A stretch of DNA of 64,000 nt from Octopus vulgaris. Taxonomy: Eukaryota. A program made the position numbers and the translations under genes. Of the stretch, positions 1-12,096 are shown in pieces (the stretch's first letter is position 1; each line of letters starts with the position of its first letter). The stretch spans positions 6,076,001 to 6,140,000 of the forward strand of contig OX597839.1 in assembly GCA_951406725.2 (NCBI GenBank). Direction: 5' to 3'. The notes below the pieces were generated by a model, which made no database searches, was not told where the DNA came from, and saw nothing but the letters and a program-made list of their open reading frames with translations.

Positions 1-171
1 TTTACCTTGATATGAGATCACCATGTCGCGCACACATGGTTGTAATGCATGTGCCTGGTGTACCCTTATCAGACGGGTAGTCATGATGGGTATATTGGGC
101 TTCGTATATTTTTCCCCAGTGTCACTTTGATGGCATGCACTGCTCTCTCACTCAATAATAATAATAATAAT
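1..171 (+). mobile_element. 3' end of an (AAT)n-tailed retroelement (same family as 17534-18081 and 50102-50642)
   Basis: Near identity to the ends of the other two copies; ends ctctctcactc(aat)n. Confidence 0.8.
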
Positions 172-294
172 CGTTTAACGTCCGTTTTCCATGCTAGCAT
201 GGGTTGGACGGTTCAACTGGGACAAAATGTCACTAAGCATTTTATTCATCATGCTAATGACTGTCAGCACACTGCCTTAATAATAATAATAATG

Positions 295-525
295 TTTTCT
301 TTATTAGACACAAGGGCCAAATGCAAGACAAATAAGGACAATACAACATAAGGGACAAGTGGAGTTTGGCACAATTTTATAAATAACTAACAGTTAACAA
401 TAAAATTTCCCCAAAAGTAGGGAGTTCCTCATGGGGACATCCAAGGAGCCTCATTCATCCTAGTTACCCAAACCACCAAGGGCATCTGCCTCTCTCCTGA
501 ACTCCTCCAGTTCACAAGCAAATGT
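295..525 (-). mobile_element. Probable LINE 3' remnant with a tail resembling the SINE-B tail
   Basis: Reverse complement ends tgtccttatttgtc..ggcccttgtgtctaataaagaaa, like SINE-B tgtccttgtttgtc..gccccttgtgggtaataaagaaa. Confidence 0.45.
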
Positions 526-533
526 TCAGAGTA

Positions 534-952
534 GGCGTAGGAGTGGCTGTGTGGTAAGTAGCTTCTTTACCAGCCACATGGTTCCGGGTTCAGTCCCACT
601 GCATGGCACCTTGGGCAAGTGTCTTCTACTATAGCCTCGGGCTGACCAAAGCCTTGTGAGTGGATTTGGTAGATGGAAACTGAAAGAAGCTCGTCGTATA
701 TATGTATATATATATATATATATATGCGTATGTGTGTGTTTGTGTGTCTGTGTTTGTCCCCCTAGCATTGCTTGACAACCAATGCTGGTGTGTTTATGTC
801 CCTGTTACTTAGCGGTTCGGCAAAAGAGACCGATAGAATAAGTACTGGGCTTACAAAAGAATAAGTCCTGGGGTCGATTTGCTCGAGTAAAGGCGGTGCT
901 TCAGCATGGCCGCAGTCAAATGACTGAAACAAGTAAAAGAGTAAAAGAGTAA
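534..952 (+). mobile_element. SINE-A, full length (tRNA-derived head, CORE-like motif, internal (TA)n/(TG)n)
   Basis: A-box TGGCTGTGTGGTAAG, B-box GGTTCAGTCCC, CCTTGGGCAAGTG motif, tail (GTAAAAGA)n; more than 10 related copies in the window. Confidence 0.85.
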
Positions 953-1750
953 GGAAAGAATCCTTTACTCAACCTACTTTTGTTTCACACACTAGCATTA
1001 ATTTATCTAATTCTTCTTGGTTCATTTTAATTAGTGTTATATTTATGAAAAAAAAAAGGTGGGTGGATGAGTAAGAGAATGTGGAGGAGCGGGGGATGGG
1101 TAAATGTACTCAAGCATACATCTATTTAATTTACCACCAACCTATTCTCTCTCTCACACACACACACTCACACACACAGATACAGACACACAGACACTCC
1201 ATACGTAGATATAAATGGCAGTAGATATCCCATTTATATTCCAAAACGAAATTAAACAGCGTAACATTCCGAAAGTTCAAAAGCAGCCCCACCAAAAAAA
1301 AAAAAAAAAAAAAGACTAAAAGGAAAAAGATAAAAGGAAGAAGTTAACATTATTCTAGCAGCTACGTGTGAGCATAAGTGCGCATGCCTGTGAGTGTGTG
1401 TGCATGTGAGTGCACGCGCGTGCGCGCGTGTGTGTGTGTGTAGCAGAAAAGTTATTAAAAGCCCCAGATAGTTTTTCTTAACTGAAGCAGATGCTGACTG
1501 GTAGGCCAATAAATTCTGAGTAAATTCTATTTTTTTCCACTCTCAGTTTTTTTCCTCATCTGATTCATTTCACCGATGTATATGTGTGCTACTATCATCG
1601 GTAAAGGCATGAACATCACAACTTCTTCTTAACACTCTCATTATAATACATAGTATTCAAGAAGTGTAATCCTTTAGCATTCAAATCAGCCATATCCGGC
1701 CCTAATATTCTATAATTTTTTTTTGTTCAAATGGAACAGTCAACCCCAAG

Positions 1751-2050
1751 TATTGGGTTGTCCAGAAAGTCTGTGCCGATTAATACTAGCTTACCCTTCT
1801 ACTTATTTTAGAACATGGTTGAGTCCATAAAATAGGATTTGATTACACCTCCATTTAGAGCACAGTATAAGCTATCTTTTCCTGGAAGAAGATTTATGCT
1901 CCTATAACCTGTGTTAATTCTGTAACCCTTTAAAATGGAAGATAAGAAAGTTCATTTTTGGCACTTGATGCTTTGGGAACCAGACAAAAGTTGCTGCAGC
2001 TCGGCTAGGATGTGTTACCCCACCCTCCATATTCACCAGATACTGCCCCT
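1751..2050 (+). mobile_element. Internally deleted mariner remnant
   Basis: TA plus TIR-like TTGGGTTGTCCAGAAAGT. MEDKKVHFWHLMLWE N-terminus at 1935 is joined to TRQKLLQLG*DVLPHPPYSPDTAP (mariner YSPDLAP motif) at 1979-2050. Confidence 0.85.
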
Positions 2051-2081
<31 letters not shown>

Positions 2082-2084
<3 letters not shown>

Positions 2085-2299
2085 CTTTCTGCTATAGGCA
2101 CAAGGCCTGAAATTTTGAGAGTGGGGTGGGTTCTAATCGATTACATCAACCCCAATACTTGATTGATACTTATTTTATCGACCCAGAAAGGGTGATGGCA
2201 AAGTCTACCTTGGTGGAATTTGAACTCAGAACATAAAGACAAATGAAATGTCACTTGGAATTTTGTCTGACAAGCTAATGATTCTGCCATCTTGCAGCC

Positions 2300-2300
<1 letters not shown>
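2082..2300 (-). mobile_element. SINE-B, diverged, with alternative tail 2, between (AAT)n tracts
   Basis: Similar to SINE-B body; tail aaatttcaggccttgtgcctatagcagaaagcattattat. Confidence 0.65.
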
Positions 2301-2348
<48 letters not shown>

Positions 2349-3041
2349 TAATAACTATAATGATGATGATAATTTCCTTTCAAGCATAGCAAAAAGACCT
2401 TTTGTGGAAGTAAATTTTTGTTTCAGTCAGATGCTCTTCCTACCACTAACCATTCAACCATGAAACAGGGAACGAAATCAGTTTTATGGTTTTACGTCAG
2501 TCAAACATACTGGAGCATGCAGAGTTATGTTCCTTGTTCAGGGCTGCAACACAACTATGTCACCAATAATAATGATAATAATAATAATGATAGTTGGACT
2601 TTTGACCACATATGGTCAGTAGTCCAGAACCTTAACATCACAGCTATTGTTTGAACTGTGATTTCTTTCATTTGATATGCTGAGAGGAGTGAGATTGGTT
2701 TTTATAGGACATAATTAATTAAAAAGAGTGTATCTTCAATTTTAATTTTCAAGCTTAGATGAATTTAGAATGAAAAGAAAAATGTTATTTTGATTTAGGG
2801 CCAATAACGAAATGAATTGAAATGAATTGAAACAAATTCTATATTTTTTTTTTAAATAAATAAATTAAATCAAATTGAAATTTTTTTAAAGAATTCACAG
2901 AAAAGAATGCTGGTTTCAGATGTGGGTAAAAAAAAAAAAAAAGCAACAACAAAAAAAAAAAAAACACAAAAGACAACACGTAGGAAATGGAAGGACCAAA
3001 AGTGGCGGAATATTCAATGTGTAGTTTTATTAAAGACTTAC

Positions 3042-3197
3042 GTGTGCAAGGTAGAGAACGGTCATCATCTTTGTGGCGATAGTATCGATTCTCACATGTA
3101 CATTCTTCCGCGCCCTCACCGTTAGCATAGGAATACTTTGGACACTTGAGACAAAGTTCATTGGAAGCATGCCATTTGTATGTTCCAACTGGACATT
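3042..3197 (-). CDS. Eph: Eph receptor cysteine-rich (EGF/TNFR-like) exon, equivalent to vertebrate exon 4
   Basis: Acceptor ttttctgttttctag and donor gtaagt; 156 nt, phase 1-1. With the A from the upstream exon it reads KCPVGTYKWHASNELCLKCPKYSYANGEGAEECTCENRYYRHKDDDRSLPCT, the Eph CP.G.YK..C..CP..S..C.C..YYR..D..PCT pattern. Not in the ORF track. Confidence 0.95.
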
Positions 3198-3834
3198 CTA
3201 GAAAACAGAAAAAAATACAAAGACATTATGTATTGAAAACTATTTAAAATATTTCATCTTCATCATCATTATTATTATTATTATTATCATTATTATTATT
3301 ATTACGACATTATTAGCAAAACCCTTTTGCTTTTAATCAAATTCCTTATGCAAATAGTTTGGCATGCATCACTTAATAAAAATGAAATAGTCTGCTGGTT
3401 TTGTCTTTAGTAGGCTTTGCGTAACACCACCCTTTGCACATTTAACTGTTGGGGTCAGCTGCATTGGTCTAAGTCCGGTGAATATTATGCTGTGTGTAGT
3501 GTACCGAGAACTTGTGAATCATCCATTACAGGACAGCCATCATATGTGAGAATGTCTGTGTATGTATGTGTACAAGATACATGTGGACATATGTGGGTAT
3601 GCCTCAAAGTGAAAGTGAAAGTGTGAGGGTGTAGTTGTGAATTTACCCTGATCTAAGACGCATGAAAGGCAACCAACCAGTGACTGTGGTGATGCTGCTG
3701 GTGCTGGTGATGAAAGGTCAGTGTGGAAGTGGGTTAACGGTGTTAGAGAGACTGCATCAGATTTTGGAAGCATCATAAATTCAAACCCATATGATATAAG
3801 ATTGCGTGGAGCGAAGCTTTAAAACTGATACACA

Positions 3835-4204
3835 AAGGGATGGTATGGCATGGTTATTTAAGTATTGGGAAGGCAGTAAAAGAACAAGCCTAGATGTCTC
3901 ATTATCCTAAGTTCAAATATGGGTGGTGGAGTGGTTAAATATTGTGCAGACAGTTAAAAGGACAGTGAAGTGGGGGTAGATAACTGCAGAACAGACAGTA
4001 AAGGGACAGGCTTTAGAAGTCACATAAGCCTGAGTTTCAAATAAGGGTAGTGGTGAGGTGGTTAACCATTTCACAGGCAGTAAAATGGACAAGACTAGAT
4101 AGCTCACTGTCCTCACTCCAAATAAGGGTGGAGTAGGTAAGCTACATATTACAGAGGCAGTTAAAGGAACAAGACTAGAAGCATCACTGTCTGGGTTCAA
4201 ATCC
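3835..4204 (+). repeat. Highly diverged ~80-bp tandem array with tRNA-like motifs
   Basis: Anchor G(G/A)CAGT(T)AAA.G.ACA.G.CTAGA recurs at about 3872, 3949 (partial), 3994, 4076 and 4156; units end TTCAAAT. Confidence 0.6.
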
Positions 4205-4982
4205 TTTTAAAAAGTTAGGGGTTAATTTTTCTCTTTCATTTCCTTGCCATCGATAAATCAAGGGAACATTAATTAATGCGGTGGATGGATGAATGGTGGG
4301 GATAACTCTGTGTGTGAGGGTTAAATATTAACAAAGCTGTAACAGGGGTGGGAGCTGCTCTGCAGGAGCAGCAGCTAAGCTAGCACAAGGGGTGGAAGGA
4401 AAGGGCTTCAGGTTGCATATGGCTATACTAGTGTGTGCCAATCACTTCTGACATTGTAAATATAAAAGAAGAAGGATTTCTAGAATTCCAAACCAGGATT
4501 GCTTTGCCTTCATAGGAGAGCACCAGTGTAGTAGTATGTGTATGTATGTATGTATGTAATGCATACTATATGTATGTGTGTTAGTGCAAGTATGTATAAT
4601 AAAATCTATTTAACAGGATGTGTCAGGTGGATATGAAAAAAAGAAAGAAAAATTAAGACCCGGGGTGGGGTAAGAGTGAGGTGGAGATGGGGAAGAAATA
4701 CCTGTAGAATGAATGTTAAGAATGTTTAAGAATAACAAAGAAGAAAGCAGATTTGATAGAGGTGTGGGGATGGATGGACAGCCGGTGGTGGTGGTGGAGG
4801 CTGGCTTTGAATGAGGAGGAGGAGGTGGAGAAGAAGGAAGAATAATGTTGGGAGGTCAAAGACAATGGAACAGTGAAGATATGCTGTTTAGATGGAGATA
4901 TGAACAAGTGTACCTATGTCTGTATATATGTATATATATTGTACTACTATGTGCATGCATGTATAAGAGAAAGAGAGGGATG

Positions 4983-5022
<40 letters not shown>

Positions 5023-5332
5023 TGCACATATACATATGTGTATACATATGCTTATATGCATACACTCGTGTGCACATACATACATACATACATACATATG
5101 AGTATACACATATGCTTATATGCATGCACATACACACAAAACACAAATATATTCGTTGAAGACTACGTCTTTGGATACAACAGTGAAATATTTCATAGAA
5201 ATATCTTTTAATTCCCCTCGACACAACTCAAGGGTCATTTTAACAATCACAATATAAAGAAAGCAGTTTGTCTATTCAAGCCCTGCGTGAGCAGAACTTT
5301 GATGAAAGAAAAATCATTCCAGCCATGGCTAT

Positions 5333-5468
5333 CCAAATCCACTCACAAAGCTTTGGTCGGCCTGGGGCCATAGTAGAAGACACTTGTTCAAGGTGCCACA
5401 CAGTGGTACTGAACCTGGAACCATGTGGTTGGTAAGCAAGCTACTTACCACGCAGCCACTCCTACGCA
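5333..5468 (-). mobile_element. SINE-A 5' half
   Basis: Reverse complement of the SINE-A head and CORE-like region. Confidence 0.8.
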
Positions 5469-6664
5469 TATATAAATAAATAAATATATAAATAAATATG
5501 TATATATAAATAAATATATAAATAAATATGTATATATAAATAAATATATATATATATATATATATATACATGCACACACACACACATTTATGTACACATG
5601 CGCACATAGTACCCTCCACACAGACACATGTACACCCACTCTTCAAACCTTGGGTTGACAAGTCTGAATAGTAAGAATAAAATTGTAGGTGGGAAGGAGG
5701 CTGGTACTTGTACCCACTCCCACCCAGATTTTGTCATGATGATGATGATGATAGCTCTTGAAGATGTATGCTGATGTCAGCCAAGCGTTGGCGACATAGA
5801 GCAACATACATATATACATACATTATTCATACATACATACGTATATGTACACACACACACACACACACACACATTCGTTTTTAATGAGGGTATTTTTTGA
5901 CGCTTTGGGTGTAGATTATGCTTTCAAAAACTCGTGACATGAGAGGAGTTTTCACTAAATGCTTCAAACAGTTCTTATGTTCTGGGACTGAAGATCCCTT
6001 TTACTGGAGACCAACTGTTTAACCCTAAGGCATGCCAAAATTCAGCAACATCTTAAAACCATTTATATCTGTAGAACGTCTGTTGAAGTCTTTCGGGGTG
6101 TTTTTTGCTGGTGTTTTTCATTGTTTTTTAATTATTATTATTTTTTTTTTTTTTTGGTAATTCTTAATTCGTTGTTCTGAATTGAAGAGACAGTGTCCAA
6201 CCTGCACCGCCCCCCTGTACCGTACCCCCCCACTCCCAGAGTGTTTCAGGCCATCACAGAAGGTGGTGGTAGCGGGGTGGGGGAAGATATAAGGGAAGTT
6301 AGTGCAATTATGTTTAATATGAACTGTTGCAGTTTTGTGGGTGACTGGAGACGGTGGTGGTGGTGGTGGTGGGGGGGGGGGTATAGTGAGAAATGATTTA
6401 GATGAGAAAGGGGACATCTATCTATCTATCTATCTATCTACACACACACACACATATATAGAAAGAGAGAGAGAGAGAAAGAGACAGGGGTTAGTGAATA
6501 TGAAACTGAGTAGAGAGAAGTGAGAGAGAGAGATAATGGAAGTTACGAGAGAAAGAAAGTGGATGGAGAGTAGTGATTGAGTGGGTGGAATGAGTGTGTG
6601 TGTATGTGTGTGTTTGAGAGAGAAAGAAAGAAAGAGAAAGAGAGAGAGGGAAGGAGAGAGATAG

Positions 6665-7349
6665 AGACTGAAACAAGAGTGCTTGTACATGGGAGTATGT
6701 GTGTGTCCGTGTGTCCATGAGAAAGAGTACGAGAAAGAAAGTGTATGGAAAAGAGAGAGAGAGAAAGAGAGAGAGAGAGGAAGAGAGAGAGAGAGAGAGG
6801 AAGAGAGAGAAAGAGAGAGGACGAGAGAGAGAGAGATAGAGAGAAACTAAAACAAGAATGCTTGTGCATGGGAGTATGTGTGTGTCCATGTGTCCATGAG
6901 AAAGAGTACGAGAAAGAAAGTGTATGGAAAAGAGAGAGAGAGAAAGAGAGAGAGAGGAAGAGAGAGAGAAGGGGAGAGAGAGAAACTAAAACAAGAATGC
7001 TTGTGCATGGGAGTATGTGTGTGTCCGTGTGTCCATGAGAAAGAGTAGGAGAAAGAAAAGTGTATGGAAAAGAGAGAGAGAGAGAAAGAGAGAGAGAGGA
7101 AGAGAGAGAGAAGGGGAGAGAGAGAAACTAAAACAAGAATGCTTGTGCATGGGAGTATGTGTGTGTCCGTGTGTCCATGAGAAAGAGTACGAGAAAGAAA
7201 GTGTATGGAAAAGAGAGAGAGAGAAAGAGAGAGAGAGGAAGAGAGAGAGAAGGGGAGAGAGAGAAACTAAAACAAGAATGCTTGTGCATGGGAGTATGTG
7301 TGTGTCCGTGTGTCCATGAGAAAGAGTAGGAGAAAGAAAGTGTATGGAA
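6665..7349. repeat. Minisatellite, 5 units of ~140 bp (first longer) containing (GA)n
   Basis: GAAACTAAAACAAGAATGCTTGTGCATGGGAGTATGTGTGTGTCC repeated five times. Confidence 0.9.
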
Positions 7350-7990
7350 ATGAAGAATCGTATGAAATGACAGCAGTGTTGTGGTGATGATGACGATGAT
7401 GATGATGACGACAAGAAGCCAGCAGTGATGAAGGTGGTGGTGGTGGTGGTTGGAGGAGGAAATTAGGAATGGCACCAAAACAAATAAAACTGAACGGAAT
7501 GGAATGGAATGGAAAAAGGAATGGAGGAAATGTTGAAGAAATAACAGAATGACAGAATGAAAGAATGGCAAACACAGCGAGGCAAAAGGGAAGATCACGT
7601 AAAAGAAATATTTGAACAAACTCCTTGTGTCAACCGAGAAAAGGGAGGAGCGGGCAGAGGTAGGATGCAAAAGAGGTGGAAGGGTTTGCGCAGAGGAGGG
7701 CACGTCGAATATTTGCTGGGTGACAAAGGGTGGAACTGTGGGTTTATTATTGTTGGTTGTATAAAGTATTTATGGTTGGTGGTGTTGGTGTTGGTGGTGG
7801 TGGTGGTGGTGGGTGGTGTTTAGCCCTAGGTCAACTGTGATCAAGCAAACCTATGATGTAAAAGCAAAGCAGAACTAAAAAGGAAAACAATTGGTGGTGG
7901 TGTCTGTGGAGAAAAGGACAGTAAATATTTGGTGAGTGTCATGGATGGACACAGGAGTTTGTTATTAGCATTATCTTCTATCTTTTTTTA

Positions 7991-8211
7991 TCTTTCACTT
8001 GTTTCAGTCATTAGACTGCGGCCATGCTGGGGCACCTCCTTGAAGAGTGTTTTTTTAGTAAAATTAATCAGCATTATGACTTATTTTTTTGAACTTGGTA
8101 CTTATTCTATCAGTCTCTTTTTGCCGAACCACTAAGTTAAAGGAACGTGAACACATTAGCACTTGTTGTCAGGAAGTGGTGGGGAAGAAGCACAGACACA
8201 AAGACACACAC
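7991..8211 (-). mobile_element. SINE-A 3' half, diverged
   Basis: Reverse complement of CAGCATGGCCGCAGTC..TGACTGAAACAAGT tail. Confidence 0.7.
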
Positions 8212-8225
8212 AGATGGATATATAT

Positions 8226-8317
8226 CATCATCATCATCATCATTTAGCGTCCGCTTTCCATGCTAGCATGGGTTGGACGGTTCAACTGGGGTCTGTGAAG
8301 CCAGAAGGCTGCATCAG
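8226..8317 (-). mobile_element. 3' end of a (GAT)n-tailed RTE-type SINE/LINE (also 171-220 and 11021 onward)
   Basis: (cat)n-tttagcgtccgctttccatgctagcatgggttggacgg is shared with the other loci. Confidence 0.65.
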
Positions 8318-8473
8318 GCAGTATATGGGGATCGGACAATAAGCATAAGCCAGTGGCAACGGTGGTTCCAGGAATTCCAAGCTGGAAACTACAGCCTAGA
8401 AGACAAGCCTTGTACTGGAAGATCTGCAGAGCTTGATGAGGACATCCTACAAATGGTGGTGGAACAAAATCCC
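8318..8473 (+). mobile_element. Mariner transposase N-terminal HTH fragment
   Basis: AVYGDRTISISQWQRWFQEFQAGNYSLEDKPCTGRSAELDEDILQMVVEQNP fits the Mos1/SETMAR-type VYG..WF..F..G..LED.PRSGRP motif. Confidence 0.85.
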
Positions 8474-8491
8474 ATATATATATATATATAT

Positions 8492-8891
8492 GTGGCTGTG
8501 TGGTTAGCAGCTTGTTTACCAACCACATGGTTCCGGGTTCAGTCCCACTGCATGGCACCTTGGGAAAGTGTCTTCTACTATAGCCTCAGGCCGACCAAAG
8601 CCTTGTGAGTGGATTTGGTAGACAGAAACTGAAAGAAGCCTGTCATATATATGTATATATATGTATGTGTGTGTGTGTATGTTTGTGTGTCTGTGTTTGT
8701 TCCCCTAGCATTGCTTGACAGCTGATGCTGGTGTGTTTATGTCCCCGTCACTTAGTGGCTTGGCAAAAGAGACCGATAGAATAAGTACTAGGCTTACAAA
8801 GAATAAGTCCCGGGGTCGATTTGCTCCATTAAAGGTGGTGCTCCAGCATGGCTGCAGTCAAATGACTGAAACAAGTAAAAGAGTAAAAGAG
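8492..8891 (+). mobile_element. SINE-A, near full length
   Basis: Colinear with 534-952. Confidence 0.85.
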
Positions 8892-8910
8892 TATATACAC
8901 ATATATATAT

Positions 8911-8953
<43 letters not shown>

Positions 8954-9449
8954 TTTATTTATTTTATTGGGAAGTGATAGAGTTTGGTGTTTGTTTTGGT
9001 GAGCTGAAGAATGTAGGGGAGGGAAAGGGGACAGGTAGTAGCAGAAGTAGAAGAAGAACTCTCACAATGTTGACCCTAAATAAACACAGTGAATGGGTTT
9101 GCTTGCTTTTGTTTAACAAAGCATTCCTCACAACCACCACCACCACCACCCTCTTCCTCCTACACCTCTCTCTCTCTCTCTGTTTTGTACACCAGGAAAA
9201 GATGACTGAAGGTCCAAAGTTATGGCAGACACACACTAAACAAAGGCATTCAACAACAACAACAACAACAACAACACAGAGGAACCCTCAATGTTGTCAT
9301 TGATCCACAAGAAATAGCAACAATTCTATTTCGAAATCATAGCTGACTGAAATGACACAAGAGATAATATAGTCCCTGATGTATGTATGTGTATGTATGT
9401 ATATGTATGTATGTATGTATATATATATATCAAAATGTGACTGCGTGTG

Positions 9450-9631
9450 TACCGTTGGCGATTTTTTTCCTCTGTCTTCCCTTCTCTGGATCTTTCCTTC
9501 TCCTATGTTTCCGACGATGAGCTCCGCTCAAAACGTTAAACCCTCCTTTTTCCTTCTTTCCTGAGCGTCCAATAATACTATATTTGTTCCACGTCCTCGC
9601 GTTGTGTTTTTTTGTGCTTTCTTGTTTGGAT

Positions 9632-9636
<5 letters not shown>
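9450..9636 (+). mobile_element. Probable Penelope-like element terminal remnant with a decayed hammerhead-like motif
   Basis: gtttCCGACGAtgagctccgctcAAAACgttaaac at 9506-9543; bounded by TA-rich microsatellites. Confidence 0.4.
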
Positions 9637-9678
<42 letters not shown>

Positions 9679-9679
9679 G

Positions 9680-9910
9680 TTTCTTTATTACCCACAAGGG
9701 CTTAAACATAGAGAGGACAAACAAGGACAGACAAACGGATTAAGTCAATTATATCGACCCCAGTGCATAACTGGTACTTAATTTATTGACCCCGAAAGGA
9801 TGAAAGGTAAAGTCAACCTAGACGGAATTTGAACTCAGAATGTAACGGCAGACGAAATACGGCTACGCATTTTGCCCAGCGTGCTAACGTTTCTGCCAGC
9901 TCACCGCCTT
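9680..9910 (-). mobile_element. SINE-B, full length, tail at (TA)n
   Basis: Head AAGGCGGTGAGCTGGCAGAAACGTTAGC, B-box GAGTTCAAATTCC, CCTTTCATCCTTTCGGGGTC domain. Confidence 0.85.
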
Positions 9911-10111
9911 TATATGCATATATACATACATACATACATACATACACACACATACAGAATCATATATTTGAAAAAATTAATAGAAATGGCTTTTCTGAAT
10001 GGTCAGTAAACAACTAATTATCAAAGTGGGAAAATTGACCGCAAAGCCATTTCTATTCATTCTTTCCAAGATATAATACTGTACCAAGGACTTTCTATTT
10101 CTTATGTATGT

Positions 10112-10144
<33 letters not shown>

Positions 10145-10151
10145 GCTGTAT

Positions 10152-10557
10152 AGGTGCAGGAGTGGCTGTGTGGTAAGAATCTTGCTTCCCAACCACATGG
10201 TTCCAGGTTCAGTCCCACTCTGCGGCACCTTGGGCAAGTGTCTTCTACTATAGCCCTAAGCTGACCAAAGCCTTGTGAGTGGATTTGGTAGGCAGAAACT
10301 GAAAGATGCCTATCATGTATGTATCTAAGGTGTGTGCTTCTGTGTTTGTATTATTCCCTCACTACAACTTGACAACCGGTGCTGGTTTGTTTATGTCCCC
10401 ATAACTTAGCAGTTCGGCAAAAGAGACCGATAGAATAATTACCGGACATTTTTATTTTAAAAAATTTAAAGGTATTGGAGTCAATTTGTTTGACTAAAAC
10501 CTTGAAGGTGGTGTGCCCCAGCATGGCTATATTCTAATGGCTGACATAAGTAAAATG
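10152..10557 (+). mobile_element. SINE-A, diverged
   Basis: Colinear with 534-952. Confidence 0.8.
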
Positions 10558-11120
10558 GAAATGAAGGCCTTTGATCCTAGCAGATCTGCATGCTCAATAA
10601 GGATTGACGCAGGACAGAAGCAATAAAAAAAAAGAAGAAAAAAAAACACCAAAGAAAGAATAACAAAAACGGTAGAGGGTTGGTCTGTAGGGGTGAAGAA
10701 CAAACCATAGATAAGAGTGGGAGAGAGGGAGGGAGGGATTGGTAGAGGATAGTGATCAGAAAGTCAAAAACCAGGAGACCTTGGGGTGAGGGGAGAGAAC
10801 TGAAAAGGTCAAATAGGGTTACGAGGAATACATGTAAGGTGGTGGTGGGGGTAGCAGTGGTAATTCTGACAATGATATTTACTGTGACAAAAGCACATAT
10901 TGCAAAGGTGCAGTCATGCCTGGTGTCAGTAACAAGCTCGTTTTGTAAACCAAATGGTTTCAGGTTCAGTCTAACTGCATGGCAGCTTGGGAATCAACCA
11001 AAGTGCCTTGAATGTGAATGTCATCATCATCATCATCATCATCATCGTCGTCGTCGTCGTTTAACGTCCGCTTTCCATGCTAGCGGTGGTTTGACTGAGG
11101 TCTCCAATCTGATCTGGCAG

Positions 11121-11887
11121 AGTTTCTACAGCTGGATGCCCTTCCTAATGACAACCACCCAGAGAGTGTAGTGGGTGCTTTTACGTGCCACCAGCACGGG
11201 GGCCAGTCAGGTGGTGCTGGCAATGACCTCAGTTTCTACAGCTGGATGCCTTTCCTAATGCCAACCACTCCGGGAGTGTAGTGGGTGCTTTTACGTGCCA
11301 CCAGCATGGGGGCCAGTCAGGTGGTGTTGGCAATGACCTCAGTTTCCACAGCTGGATGCCCTTCCTAACACCAACCACAAGGGAGTGTAGTGGGTGCTTT
11401 TACGTGCCACCAGCACGGGGGCCAGTCAGGTGGTGTTGGCAATGACCTCAGTTTCCACAGCTGGATGCCCTTCCTAACACCAACCACAAGGGAGTGTAGT
11501 GGGTGCTTTTACGTGCCACCAGCATGGGGGCCAGTCAGGTGGTGTTGGCAATGACCTCAGTTTCCACAGCTGGATGCCCTTCCTAACACCAACCACAAGG
11601 GAGTGTAGTGGGTGCTTTTACATGCCACCAGCACGGGGGCCAGTCAGGTGGTGCTGGCAATGACCTCAGTTTCTACAGCTGGATGCCCTTCCTAATGCCA
11701 ACCACTCCGGGAGTGTAGTGGGTGCTTTTACATGCCACCAGCACGGGGGCCAGTCAGGTGGTGTTGGCAATGACCTCAGTTTCTACAGCTGGATGCCCTT
11801 CCTAACGCCAACCACTCCGAGAGTGTAGTGGGTACTTTTACGTGCCACCGGCATGGGGGCCAGACAGGCGGTACTGGCAACGACCTC
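11121..11887. repeat. Tandem array of 7 x 109-110 bp inside a (GAT)n-tailed retroposon (about 11021-12030, minus strand)
   Basis: Units start AGTTT(C)(T/C)ACAGCTGGATGCC at 11121, 11231, 11341, 11450, 11559, 11668 and 11778. Confidence 0.92.
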
Positions 11888-12096
11888 GCTCGAATCTTTT
11901 TACACATGCCAACGGCAAAGGTACCAGTAAGGTGACACTGGTAATGATCCCGCTCGAATGGTGCATCTTACATGCCACCGGAACGGAAGCCAGTTAGCCG
12001 CTCTGGCAACGTTCACGCTCGGATGGTGCTTGTGAAGAATCCCATCACAGACTCTCACGTGTGTGTGTGTGTGTGTGTGTGAAATGTATGTGTATA

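Noticed and set aside
526-768. Recurring peptides such as GTEPGTMWLV.KLLTTQP and YRPRKDERQSRPRRNLNSE
   Set aside because: Translations of SINE-A and SINE-B; they recur because the SINEs recur.
11121-11887. CRISPR-like regular array (also 32526 and 54471)
   Set aside because: Whole units repeat with no unique spacers, there are no cas genes, and the context is eukaryotic.
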